Origin: Promethearchaeota archaeon
Lineage (GTDB): Archaea > Asgardarchaeota > Lokiarchaeia > Sigyniarchaeales > SOKP01
Reading direction: 5' to 3'
DNA length: 64,000 nucleotides
Assembly (NCBI GenBank): GCA_019057795.1
Contig: JAHLWS010000043.1
Location: 13,746-77,745, forward strand
Part shown: in pieces, positions 1-9,750 of the stretch
Layout: every line of letters begins with the position of its first letter
Numbering within the stretch: the first letter of the stretch is position 1
Notes under the pieces: generated by a model
What the model was told of the DNA's origin: nothing
The model's database searches: none
Seen by the model: only the letters and a program-made list of their open reading frames with translations
Program-made: the position numbers and the translations under genes

Positions 1-722
1 TATTTTTATTGAAATTTCTATAGATTCCATAATTAAAATTTGTAAAAATACTTTTTATAAAAAAATAATCTCTTTAGTAAATATGAAAACTAACATTAAT
101 CTTAAGTGGAATGATCTTATATCACCAACAATGATTCATAAAGAATACTTAACACCCACTATTGATGGTGGTGTGATTACTCGAGCAGAGAATCCAAGTA
201 TTACTGCTGAAAAATTTCAAAAAGTTACCTACTCCAAAAAATTGTAATAGTTTCTAAAGGAATCCCTCCTTCTTAGCTAAATTGGAGATAATTGGTCCAA
301 AACATCTACAAAAAAGCACCATTAAAAGGATTGTTAAGGGAACCGTCCATATGAATGGCCTTAAAAGACTATAAGTTAGTGTCCTTACCCCTAATCGAAA
401 TATATGATAAAAGATTACATTTAAATCAAGTACCAAAGTACCAACATAGATAGCAATTCCATCAATCCTCTTTGGATACTATATTAGGACTCTCTTGTAT
501 TTTTTATTTCAACTTTCTATCGAACTATTTTAGCTTAAACGAATACATTATTTCATTTTCTAAATACAACCATTAACAGAGAAAAGTGATTATAAAGTTG
601 GATTCGTGTGTCCACGATGTGGATTTAAAAAAGTGAAGTTAAACTAATTTTTTATTAAAACCGGGCATTCTATTTAAACTCTTATTTAGATCAATAATAA
701 TTAAGAAAAGGGTGCATTCTAA

Positions 723-1037
723 AAGTATGAAGATATTATAATAAGAGTAAATTCAATTGAAAAACCATTTCTTATAAGAACATCCTATATTGAAAGGAGT
801 TGGTTAACCGATGAAGAGATTTTTGAAAATAACAAAAAAATAATAGAGAAGAAATTTGTTGAATTAAAAAAGAAAACCATAGGATAGTGTCAATTTTGCG
901 GTTCAGAAATGAATTATAAATCAGAAGATAAAACTTGCGGTTTTTATAAAGCTACTTTTGAAGAGGAAGAAAATAAAAGAATCAGGAAGTTTTATGATGA
1001 ATTTAAAGATGTAATTAATTATAATAATGAATTTTAG
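723..1037 (+). pseudogene. Degraded ORF fragment with CxxC (CQFC) motif, interrupted by in-frame TAG at 885-887
   Basis: Manual translation: KYEDIIIRVNSIEKPF...KKTIG*CQFCGSEM...NNEF*; no ATG/GTG/TTG start in frame before the TAG. Confidence 0.3.
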
Positions 1038-1087
1038 GAAATTTTAGATAAGGAAAATAAAATCGATAAAATTTCTTTTTTTTTCGA

Positions 1088-1909
1088 CTATATATCTCTA
1101 AGATTCTTTTCTATGAATAAATCTTTCTCAATTTCGAAAATATCGCATAATCCTTTACTAAATTCATACAAAATTCCAATAATTCTTTTCTCGTCTATTC
1201 CTACACCAAGTTTAACCCTACATTGAGCAATTGCCGTTCTATCATTAATCTCAAGAGGACCATCACGCATTTCAATCTTATCAAGGAGATTGTCATACAT
1301 AAAGAAATTATATGCTCGAGGGGTGAAACCACTCGTCTCTCTGAATTTAGTAAGTATATTGAAGATTTCACCTCGTAAATCTTCTTGAATAGGACCTATA
1401 GGTATATCTTTTGATAAATGAACCCGAAACTTATTCTCCCTTTCAAAATATGTCCACGATTCTCCTATATTAAGGTCTCTATGAACTATTAGTTTATCTC
1501 TTATATTTATGATTTTAAAAAATAATCTACATTCATTTATTAAGATATATTCACGGTATTTTTGAAACAATTCATTTGCTGATGTAAAAGTTTGATTTCT
1601 TAACTGCCTCACATGACTATCAAAAGATCGGTTTGTCAATCCTTTTCCTCGATCATCTTTGATATCTCTAAAATAAACATCTACTAAATATCTGATTAGA
1701 TAATCTAAATAGTACTTAGCAAATATATATAATGATTTTATATCTAATGCGATTTTAAAGGTAATAACTAAATCAGAATCGATTAGATATTTCTTCTTTT
1801 TTTTTCTTATGCGTTTTATTATTATTAATAGAGTATGAATTAATTGATCGAAAGTACTCCAACTCTTAAGATGCTCTGTTGGGTGAAGTGGCAATTTAAT
1901 TGAATCCAT
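1088..1909 (-). CDS. Hypothetical protein, possible HEPN-type RNase
   Basis: 273 aa ORF; RDKLIVH fits the HEPN R-x4-6-H motif after helical segments. Confidence 0.55.
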   Translation of the reverse strand: MDSIKLPLHPTEHLKSWSTFDQLIHTLLIIIKRIRKKKKKYLIDSDLVITFKIALDIKSLYIFAKYYLDYLIRYLVDVYFRDIKDDRGKGLTNRSFDSHVRQLRNQTFTSANELFQKYREYILINECRLFFKIINIRDKLIVHRDLNIGESWTYFERENKFRVHLSKDIPIGPIQEDLRGEIFNILTKFRETSGFTPRAYNFFMYDNLLDKIEMRDGPLEINDRTAIAQCRVKLGVGIDEKRIIGILYEFSKGLCDIFEIEKDLFIEKNLRDI

Positions 1910-1922
1910 TCTTGAGTACCAT

Positions 1923-3296
1923 TCAAATTCTATTTTTCTTTGATAATAAATCTATTGGATCTGAATAAAACATACCATCATTAGTACGATAGTAACCTCG
2001 TATTTTTAGCGGGTAATTCCAACCATGTTCAATCATCATTTCTTTAAATGCTTCTCTTGAAATATAAGCATGACAATCCTCACCATCTTGAAGTTTCCAC
2101 GGTAATGGAGTGCAAATCGGTCTATGTTCGGGATGAAAAGGTGAAATAACCACTTTATATTTTTCCTTCACTAGTTCAAAACCATAAGAATTTATTATAA
2201 TTGGTCTAACTGACTTATTCACAGCTTTAACTCCAATATAAATCTTGTTATTATATTCAGGAAATAATGTTGTTCCATTGATACTAACATCTAAATTTTT
2301 TACTTGATATTGGTTTTCGACTAATTCTTTTTTGATGGATTGATTAATCTCAATTTCTTTTTTTAATTTATCGCCCAATCCTAGCTTTTTCTTTATTATA
2401 ACTAATCTATTCTCATCGATTTCTAAATTTCTCCCTTTGATATTCTTGTAAAGCAATAGAAAAGATTTTATTAAATAATTTATAACCTCCTTCCAATTTT
2501 CAGCAAAATTTCTATTCACATGACTATGGATTTCATGTACGTTCCAATTTCCAAACTTTTGGATTTCTTTTAATTTCTCAATAGTTTTTGAATTTATAGT
2601 GTTTTTACTAAAGGAGATAAACTCATTATCTTTTAATTCGTTAAGTAATGAAATTAATTGAGAAAAATCTCGAATTCGATTTTTATTAGGATTGAAAAAT
2701 AGCGTCTTATGTTTCCTTGCCAAACTATCTCTAAAAATGTACCATAAAAGGTTCTCAAAAATTGTTCTTAATAAAATTGGAAGTGTGCGAAATAAAATAT
2801 CGTCATCGGCAGTTTTATTAATTACTTCCTTAAATTCATCAAATTCTAATAGATCATAATCCTTGAACTGAATCTCGATAAATTCAACTTTCTTTATTCT
2901 TGCTTTTCTTACAGAATATTTGGATCGAAATTTATCAACAATTTCAGCTAGAGGTTCCAATTCTCTTATAATTCCCTTAATCTTATATCCATGTTCGTAA
3001 TGGTAATAACCTTGAGTATTCCACCCTCTGTTGAACTCATTAAAGTTTTTTTCTTTAATATCCTCTGCTAACCTGATAATTTCGGGTAAAAAGAGGGGAT
3101 CCTTCAAATTAGCATGAATTAGTCCAAAACTATCTAATATTTCTTTTTCAGGTTTTAATAGCTTTTCTTGAACTTCTTCATCAAATAGATTTGGAAGCAT
3201 CTCAAAAAATTTTATAATTTCATTGTATAATTCTTCAAATGGATGTTTTATTAATTCTGCAATGATTTTTTTAAGTTCTTCTAAAATAATTCTCAC
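1923..3296 (-). CDS. Multidomain hypothetical protein with central HEPN/DUF4145-like domain
   Basis: 457 aa; ILLRTIFENLL...KLKEIQKFGNWNVH resembles DUF4145/HEPN helices; beta-rich C-terminus; stop 13 nt before the next gene. Confidence 0.55.
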   Translation of the reverse strand: MRIILEELKKIIAELIKHPFEELYNEIIKFFEMLPNLFDEEVQEKLLKPEKEILDSFGLIHANLKDPLFLPEIIRLAEDIKEKNFNEFNRGWNTQGYYHYEHGYKIKGIIRELEPLAEIVDKFRSKYSVRKARIKKVEFIEIQFKDYDLLEFDEFKEVINKTADDDILFRTLPILLRTIFENLLWYIFRDSLARKHKTLFFNPNKNRIRDFSQLISLLNELKDNEFISFSKNTINSKTIEKLKEIQKFGNWNVHEIHSHVNRNFAENWKEVINYLIKSFLLLYKNIKGRNLEIDENRLVIIKKKLGLGDKLKKEIEINQSIKKELVENQYQVKNLDVSINGTTLFPEYNNKIYIGVKAVNKSVRPIIINSYGFELVKEKYKVVISPFHPEHRPICTPLPWKLQDGEDCHAYISREAFKEMMIEHGWNYPLKIRGYYRTNDGMFYSDPIDLLSKKNRI

Positions 3297-3588
3297 CAGT
3301 TAAATTTTATATGATTAATTCCATTGATTTTCTTAAAAATCTATAAAAGAGTTGATAATATAAATTTTTGGGTTGAATTTATTAAACCTTGGCTTATCTT
3401 ACTAAAACCTTAAATTTAAACAAAAGATCTTTCATTGTGATAAATAAATTAAGTATAAGCATAGAATTAATAATAATATAATCAGTTTAGAGCATTTTGA
3501 ACATAAATTTATGATTCCTCTTAATCCAGTTCCAGTTTGGAAAAAATTTTTCAACTTTATAAATATCGAGAATTAATAGGGGTGTTTT

Positions 3589-4272
3589 TTGATATCGCAA
3601 AATAAGATTTTAGATGTACAAATTGATCTTTTATTAAAAGAATTGGAAATTATCCAATTTAAAATAACCGAATATGATAAGTTATCCTTCAAGATAAAAG
3701 GATGGAGTATTACTTTATGGACAGGGATAATCTTATGGGGGATTTATGCGTTACTTCCTGGCATACTCATCTCTATTATTCAAGGAATAGCGCTATCTAT
3801 TTTTTGGTTTTTAGACACACTTTTTAAAATATATCAAAGATATCATGTCGTTCGACTTGAATGGATTCAGGATTTTGTCAACCAAAAAAATAATTTTGCA
3901 GACAGTGGTCTTTTTGATGAAATCAAGAAAGAAAAGATATCAAATCTCCTTTTTTTTGATGTTAATAGTAGAATGGGATCACAATACAATAATGTGTTTA
4001 AAGATCTTTTAAGAAGAAAAACGAATATATTACGTTGTTTGTTTGTTCGAAATATTTTCCCTATTTATATTGGATTAATATTAGTTGGAATATATATCGG
4101 AATTTATTTAGAAAATTATAATTCTATTGTTCTTATCTCATATGGAATAATTGCTTCAACTTCTTTTATGATTCTTCTCTTTGCCTTATTGGCCGTTCAT
4201 AAATACATAATCATCCCATCAGATAAAAAAACGTATGAGTCGCCCAAGAAAGAAGATGTAGTAGATCAATAA
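3589..4272 (+). CDS. Membrane protein, about 4 TM
   Basis: 227 aa; SFKIKGWSITL...FWFLDTLF...QR motif; hydrophobic segments; GGGGTG upstream of TTG. Confidence 0.7.
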   Translation: MISQNKILDVQIDLLLKELEIIQFKITEYDKLSFKIKGWSITLWTGIILWGIYALLPGILISIIQGIALSIFWFLDTLFKIYQRYHVVRLEWIQDFVNQKNNFADSGLFDEIKKEKISNLLFFDVNSRMGSQYNNVFKDLLRRKTNILRCLFVRNIFPIYIGLILVGIYIGIYLENYNSIVLISYGIIASTSFMILLFALLAVHKYIIIPSDKKTYESPKKEDVVDQ

Positions 4273-4367
4273 TTTTAAATCAAAAGAATACGGAAATTTA
4301 GTAAGATGACAAAAATCGAATATACTAAAGGTAATTACATATGTCACCATTATATATCTAAATTTTT

Positions 4368-4577
4368 TTATCTAAAAATCCTGAAGTATTTAATCCCAGT
4401 GTTAAGCCCGCACACAGCCAAAAGTACGAAAGACGCGATAATAACGCCAATCATCTTATTTCGATACCGATTACCACCCCAGATTAGGAAAATCATCCCA
4501 ATTACGAACCCCAATAAGCCTAAAATCGAACCAAGTGCGATTAAATACTCAATTCCTCCTAAAACCTCTCTAACGAT
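4368..4577 (-). CDS. Small 2-TM membrane protein (missed by ORF track; start uncertain, possibly ATC)
   Basis: Open frame IVREVLGGIEYLIALGSILGLLGFVIGMIFLIWGGNRYRNKMIGVIIASFVLLAVCGLNTGIKYFRIFR*; more protein-like than the + strand ORF 4306-4602. Confidence 0.5.
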   Translation of the reverse strand: MVREVLGGIEYLIALGSILGLLGFVIGMIFLIWGGNRYRNKMIGVIIASFVLLAVCGLNTGIKYFRIFR

Positions 4578-4627
4578 TTATTATCATTATCCTATATTTT
4601 AAATTCATTAGTAATGGTGATTAGATA

Positions 4628-6100
4628 TTATTTTCTTTTAGAGGGAGGTATATCCGAAACTTGCATTACGAATATTGCTGTAATTACACCATCTTGCTCG
4701 TTTGTCTTAAAATCATAACAATTTTTTACCATATCTGGATTTTTTTTTCTTATTACTTCTCTACTGTCGACTACAATCATTACTGCTAATTTAACATCAT
4801 TAGCATAGCTTTTTACTTGCTGATAATGATCTTTATAGATTCTATCAATAAAATCATTAGTCTTCTCGGGATATGTTTTTGCGTTTGTATCTCTTTTCCA
4901 TTTATCACATATTGGAATTTTCTTATAGTAATGATCACAATCTCCACCTCCTTTTTTTACTTCTCTCCCTGAATAAAATGAGGGTTCATTTTTTTTCGCT
5001 ACAAGTGCCGTATTTATTTGTTGTTGCACCCATTTTTGCATATCATCTTCTCCCTTCCAAGTCGCAACTATATTCTTAAGATAACGTTGTTCATAGTTAT
5101 AGCTCAAAATGTGATCATGAACAAAATTTAGAACTATTTTCCAATCTTCAAAATCTATTCCCTTGTATTTTAGTGTTGGATATCTTATTACTAACTTCTC
5201 TATGCTATTATTTAGAATTGTCTTATTATCTAGAAAAAAGCTATCAAGATAATCAATATATTCCATTCCGCTTTCTTTTTTCAATAATTCTTTTTCGATA
5301 AACTCCATTTTATCAATAGAAGATAGAGAATATCCTTTAAATCCAAAAGACTTAAGTAAAGGTTCAAAAAAATTTATTTGGTAAGGTAACCCATAGATTC
5401 CTCCATAATGAGTCGTAGGCTTTGCAAAAACCTTTAAATTCTCTCTACTCTCCTTATAATATTTCAAAGACTGTTTTGCGCTATCTAGCAAATCGTTTCT
5501 ACCTCCTTTTATTAACAGTAATTGGATAATTAAATGTAGGTCTCCCATTACTTCACACCAGATAAAGAGTTCCTCGTGGTCATTTTCTTTAACATAGTAT
5601 GTAATTGTGTAATACAATCCCCTTTTTGCATATTCCAAATCATTGATTATAATGTTAATTTTTTCATTACTTGTATTTCCAAATTTCTCCAACTTAAAAC
5701 CTTCTTCTTTAATTTCCTCATAATCGTATCTTATAAAATATCTGTACTTCAATCCAACATCCATAAAGAATCCATCGTTGGCTTCTATTGCATAATTCTG
5801 TTTTATGATTTGAAGACATTTTTCACGATAATAAATAAAGTTCCACAAATAATCTTTTTCTAACTGTTTATAATATTCTTCTTTTGATGTATTTGTGAAA
5901 ATAGCAGATTCTTCAGCGTATCCCCAAAATAATAACTTATATTTTTCGGACAATTGCCAATAAACATTAGCTTTATCTTCCGTATTACTTGTATTAGCTA
6001 GCTTTTCTTTGAGGATACCAATCTCATTTCTATCTTCTTCATATAGTTCATTTTTAATTTTTTCTCTTGTTAATTTCCATTCCTCCACATTTATCACCAA
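4628..6100 (-). CDS. Helical-repeat protein with C-terminal putative PD-(D/E)XK-like nuclease domain
   Basis: 490 aa; helical TPR-like N-terminus; C-terminal REV-x5-D...ICDKW...YQQVKSY resembles restriction-endonuclease motifs. Confidence 0.5.
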   Translation of the reverse strand: MVINVEEWKLTREKIKNELYEEDRNEIGILKEKLANTSNTEDKANVYWQLSEKYKLLFWGYAEESAIFTNTSKEEYYKQLEKDYLWNFIYYREKCLQIIKQNYAIEANDGFFMDVGLKYRYFIRYDYEEIKEEGFKLEKFGNTSNEKINIIINDLEYAKRGLYYTITYYVKENDHEELFIWCEVMGDLHLIIQLLLIKGGRNDLLDSAKQSLKYYKESRENLKVFAKPTTHYGGIYGLPYQINFFEPLLKSFGFKGYSLSSIDKMEFIEKELLKKESGMEYIDYLDSFFLDNKTILNNSIEKLVIRYPTLKYKGIDFEDWKIVLNFVHDHILSYNYEQRYLKNIVATWKGEDDMQKWVQQQINTALVAKKNEPSFYSGREVKKGGGDCDHYYKKIPICDKWKRDTNAKTYPEKTNDFIDRIYKDHYQQVKSYANDVKLAVMIVVDSREVIRKKNPDMVKNCYDFKTNEQDGVITAIFVMQVSDIPPSKRK

Positions 6101-6241
6101 ACTTAATTGAATTATGTAAGTTAGACTCTTATAAAACTATCATCATTAATAAGGTAAAAATTTCTCTGATAGTCAGATTTTTATGTTTATACTCCTCCTT
6201 TATATTAAAGGAATTCATGTAAAATGTAATGTGTTATTGAA

Positions 6242-6958
6242 ATGCAACCAAATTCAGAAAAAACTAAAATTTTTTTTAAGAGATTGTTTCAATCAATTAC
6301 TCAAGTTGATTGGGAAAAGTTGCAGACTGAGGTAGAAAACCCCAAAGAAGATTTGAAGAATCATAATTCTGGAGTATTATTATGGGCAAAAGAAGAATTG
6401 TTTAACGCCAACGAGGATTTAGGCTACTATCTTTTCGTTAAAAGCTTGAACGAGCTTTTAGTAGTGTCGGTGAACTCTCCAAAACCTTACAATTCTCCCA
6501 AAACGAAGGACAAAAATCCCATCGTTACCTCTCCTCAGGTTGAACTTTGGAAGTATTACTCCCCCATAGGACCTCCACAGTAAACTGAAGATTCAAGAAA
6601 AAACCAAGACTCCTACCTTGCCGTCCATCCTTTTGGTCAATTAATTTCTTCTAAAGAAGGTCGTTTGGCGTTAAATTTTCTTATGGGGTTTTATGATGGA
6701 GATGGAAATTATCGTGGAGGGATGTCTGCGAGAATCTTAAATTCAAAGAAAACATTTCTGGAGGAAATTGTTGATTTATTTGATATCCCAAATAAAGTAA
6801 ATATAAATTCTAAATATTCCATTGATAAAAAAACTTATAAAATTATCTGGAAAACAGGATACCAATTGCACCTAGGTACAGATTTATTTAATCAAATGCT
6901 ACTTTCATATGAAAACAGTCTACAAAGAAAAAGACCAGAGAATTATAAAAAATTTTGA
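6242..6958 (+). pseudogene. LAGLIDADG-family endonuclease-like gene with one in-frame TAA (6581-6583)
   Basis: ORFs 6242-6583 and 6665-6958 share a frame and 6584-6664 is open; ALNFLMGFYDGDG motif. Confidence 0.7.
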
Positions 6959-7079
6959 AATTTCTTTATTATTTTCTTGAAAAGGATTAAAATTTATTTA
7001 TAATTTAGAAATGAAAGTTTTTTTACTCAGTGTTTTTATAATAAAATTACTAACCAGTATAATTATAAGGTAGATTAAT

Positions 7080-7376
7080 ATGTCAAAAATGCAAGTTCCA
7101 ATAGTAATATCAAAAACTGATTGTCATAGATGTGCAGAATTGAAAGAATGGCTTCACAAGCATGATGTTAAATACATTGAACGAGATATAAACGACGAAG
7201 AATTCGTTCACAATCTACTACACGACGATAATTTTCTAAAAACTTTCTGTGACGCTGATGGGTGCATCGTAAATACGCCTGTTGTAATAATGAATGGAAA
7301 ATATTGGTTCAAAGAACTCTGGGGCATTTCTGGTCTCAGAGAAAAAGAAGCTAAGAAATTGTTTGGAGTTAAATAA
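7080..7376 (+). CDS. Glutaredoxin-like protein
   Basis: CHRC active site, TPVV cis-Pro motif, 98 aa. Confidence 0.8.
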   Translation: MSKMQVPIVISKTDCHRCAELKEWLHKHDVKYIERDINDEEFVHNLLHDDNFLKTFCDADGCIVNTPVVIMNGKYWFKELWGISGLREKEAKKLFGVK

Positions 7377-7402
7377 TTTTTTTTTAATTTTTTTATTTAG
7401 TT

Positions 7403-8002
7403 TTATTTTTTAAGTTCAGCTAATCTTTTTATAACTTTTCTAATTGTTCTTAATCCTTCTTCATCGTTTTGAACGCCTTCCTTACCTTTATCGTTACTCC
7501 ATAACGAAGCGCCTAAATTCGCTCCGAAGGCGCCACCTGATACGGAAACCATGTGATTTTGTTGGTAGAAATCTAGAATACTTCTTATCGCAATTTCTTG
7601 CCCCCCGCTTCGATCACCGCCTACCGCAAGAGCTACACCATATTTTCCTTTAAAAACATTCGGATTTTTGGCGACTAATCCACGACAACGATCTAATATT
7701 GTTTTTAATTGCCCTGAAAGATTTCCTTGAAATACGGGAGTGCCAAAAATTAAATATTTTGCTTCTTCTAATTTAGGATAAAGGTCTTGAATGTCATCTT
7801 TATGGATGCATCCTTTTTTTTCTCTAACGCAATAATTGCAATGTATACAAAATTTGATTTCTTTTCCCATTACGGTCCAAAACTCAGTGTCAAAACTAAA
7901 TTTTTCTGCAGCGTACTTTAGTCCGTACTGAACGGCAAAATCTGTTCCTTGTTTTCTTGGGCTTCCACAGATTCCCAACAGTAGGTTCTTATTATCCACC
8001 AT
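7403..8002 (-). CDS. Iron-sulfur flavoprotein (Isf/flavodoxin family, NADPH-dependent FMN reductase fold)
   Basis: GSPRKQGT FMN loop, CIHCNYC-x5-C cluster motif, GTPVF, GGDRSGGQE. Confidence 0.9.
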   Translation of the reverse strand: MVDNKNLLLGICGSPRKQGTDFAVQYGLKYAAEKFSFDTEFWTVMGKEIKFCIHCNYCVREKKGCIHKDDIQDLYPKLEEAKYLIFGTPVFQGNLSGQLKTILDRCRGLVAKNPNVFKGKYGVALAVGGDRSGGQEIAIRSILDFYQQNHMVSVSGGAFGANLGASLWSNDKGKEGVQNDEEGLRTIRKVIKRLAELKK

Positions 8003-8090
8003 AATTAATATTACAAATTTCTTCCTTTATTTATTATTAATCATTTTTATTCTAACAAATGTTTTAAATTCTACTTAACTACTAATAACG

Positions 8091-8747
8091 ATGAATTCAC
8101 ACAAAAAATCGTGCTTAGCTAGAATCAAAATTAAATTTCCAGATCAGATATGGATTTCGCACATTTTCAAGAAATTCCGCGAAATTCGAATGGAAATCGA
8201 ATATTTTCTTCCTTACGATTTTGAAAATTCGATTGGAAATTCTATTATTGAAATTTTTCATTATAATATAGATTTATTAATAGATGAGGTTAAAAACCAT
8301 AAATCTGTTTTTGATTTTAGCATTTTGGAGAAGGAAGATAATCGAGTTAAGTTTAACGTAAAAACAAAGGATCCATTTTTATTAGATGCTATAATTAAAT
8401 GTGGAGTGTTGGTTAATTTCCCCGTGCGAGTAAGAGACGGATACGCCTTCTGGAGGTTAATATCGACTAGAGAAAGGATAGATGAGCTGTTAACTCTTTT
8501 TGAACAGAAATCAGTAAATTTTACTCTCCTAAAAATTGGTAATTCTCCATATATTCTTGACGACAATAAGAATAAGTTAACTTTTAGTGAATCCAATGTG
8601 TTGGACAAGGCAATATCATCAGGATTTTTTGAAATTCCTAGGAAAATATCTTTAGAACAGTTAGCTAACGAACTAGGAAAATCAAAGTCAGCTTTATCTG
8701 TTATGTTAAGAAAGATAATTAAAAAGAAAGTAATATTTGAAACCTAA
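8091..8747 (+). CDS. Bacterio-opsin activator (HTH_10)-type transcriptional regulator
   Basis: C-terminal LT..E..VL..A...GFFEIPRKISLEQLANELGKSKS. Confidence 0.85.
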   Translation: MNSHKKSCLARIKIKFPDQIWISHIFKKFREIRMEIEYFLPYDFENSIGNSIIEIFHYNIDLLIDEVKNHKSVFDFSILEKEDNRVKFNVKTKDPFLLDAIIKCGVLVNFPVRVRDGYAFWRLISTRERIDELLTLFEQKSVNFTLLKIGNSPYILDDNKNKLTFSESNVLDKAISSGFFEIPRKISLEQLANELGKSKSALSVMLRKIIKKKVIFET

Positions 8748-8797
8748 ACGAGAAACTCAATATTAGCAAAAAAAAGTTAAGAAAATAAAAAATATAT

Positions 8798-9687
8798 TTA
8801 TAACCATTCTTCCTTAAAAATTTCTCCTTCAACACTTACTATTATATACTTTATCGGCACTTTTCTATTTGCTCTTTTTGCAGCCTCTTGAACTAGCCCT
8901 AATAAACCACCACAACAAGGGATTTGCATCCTCATGACTGTTAGGGTGTTTATTTTTGCTTCATCAAACCAAGCTCTAATCTTTTCGATGTATATTTCTC
9001 TTCCTTGGTCGAGTTTAGGACAAGCGATCGCTATAGAACGTCCCTTTAAATATTTGTTATGGAATTCACCAAGAGCATAAGCAACGCAGTCAGCCGTAAG
9101 TAACACATCTGCTCCTTGAAAGTATGGGGCTGCAGGATTAATTAAATGCATTTGAACGGGCCACTGTCTTAATGCGGAGGGGACTTTTCCGGTGATAACG
9201 GTCTGTTCCTCAAGCTCGTTAAATACCATTGTTTCTGCAGAAGCACAACTGCATACATGAGAGGTTTCTTCAACCACATGATTTTCAAGTGTTATTCCGG
9301 AATCTTCTTGAGTAGAAGCACAGCCGCATTGGTGGGAATGTTCGGCAACAATTTCCTTCACTTGATTTAATTTTTCCTCCTCTTTTTCTGACAAAGATTC
9401 TAAATGTATCTCAACTGCTTCTTCGTCGAATTCTAACGCTTCTCTTTCAATAATCTCAAGAGCCCCTTCAGGGCATTCTCCTATGCAAGCACCCAAACCA
9501 TCGCAAAAAACCTCGTTTACAACTTTAGCTTTTCCGTCTATAATTGCGAGTGCGCCTTGTATGCTATATAAAACAAATTTTATATTACTGCACAGCCGAC
9601 TACGCAATTACCACATCCAGTACAAAGTTCCTCGTCTATCTCTATAATTTTTCTATTTACAATTTTATGTTGTTTTGTTTCAGTCAT
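8798..9687 (-). CDS. 4Fe-4S dicluster (ferredoxin-domain) protein, two exons: 9687-9588 and 9558-8798 (286 aa after removing 29 nt)
   Basis: ATG at 9687 reads MTETKQHKIVNRKIIEIDEELCTGCGNCVVGCA; removing 9559-9587 gives E-GALAIIDGKAKVVNEVFCDGLGACIGECPEGAL; C-terminal LRQWPVQ, ADC, ACPKLD, PCC motifs. Confidence 0.85.
9559..9587 (-). other. Putative 29-nt archaeal BHB/BHL-type mRNA intron
   Basis: Central helix GUGC/GCAU, 3' bulge AC|A, 5' site AG|U, internal 8-bp stem AUAUAAAA/UUUUAUAU with UUUG loop; excision restores the frame. Confidence 0.75.
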
Positions 9688-9725
9688 ACTTAGAACAATG
9701 GAGATGGTTATATATTTTTAATTTC

Positions 9726-9735
9726 GAACATGTTC
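9726..9735. promoter_or_regulatory. Perfect 10-bp palindrome GAACATGTTC upstream of the ferredoxin-domain gene
   Basis: Palindrome about 40 bp upstream of ATG 9687; operator role is inference. Confidence 0.3.
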
Positions 9736-9750
9736 TTAAGAATTATATAC

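Noticed and set aside
885-887. In-frame TAG as pyrrolysine readthrough
   Set aside because: The frame has no proper start, the surroundings are decayed and no pyl genes are in the window
4306-4602. 98-aa + strand ORF
   Set aside because: Antisense shadow of the small TM gene on the minus strand
6570-6600. Intron or recoding at the in-frame TAA of the first LAGLIDADG gene
   Set aside because: No 4-bp central helix with bulges found, and TAA is not a Sec or Pyl codon
9564-9588. Spliceosomal-like GU...AG boundaries inside the ferredoxin-gene insert
   Set aside because: Removing this 25-nt segment leaves the downstream exon out of frame; the 29-nt BHB excision restores it
9559-9607. Track N-terminus MRSRLCSNIKFVLYSIQ for ORF 8798-9607
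   Set aside because: It reads through the insert and omits the first CxxCxxCxxxC motif; the real start is ATG 9687
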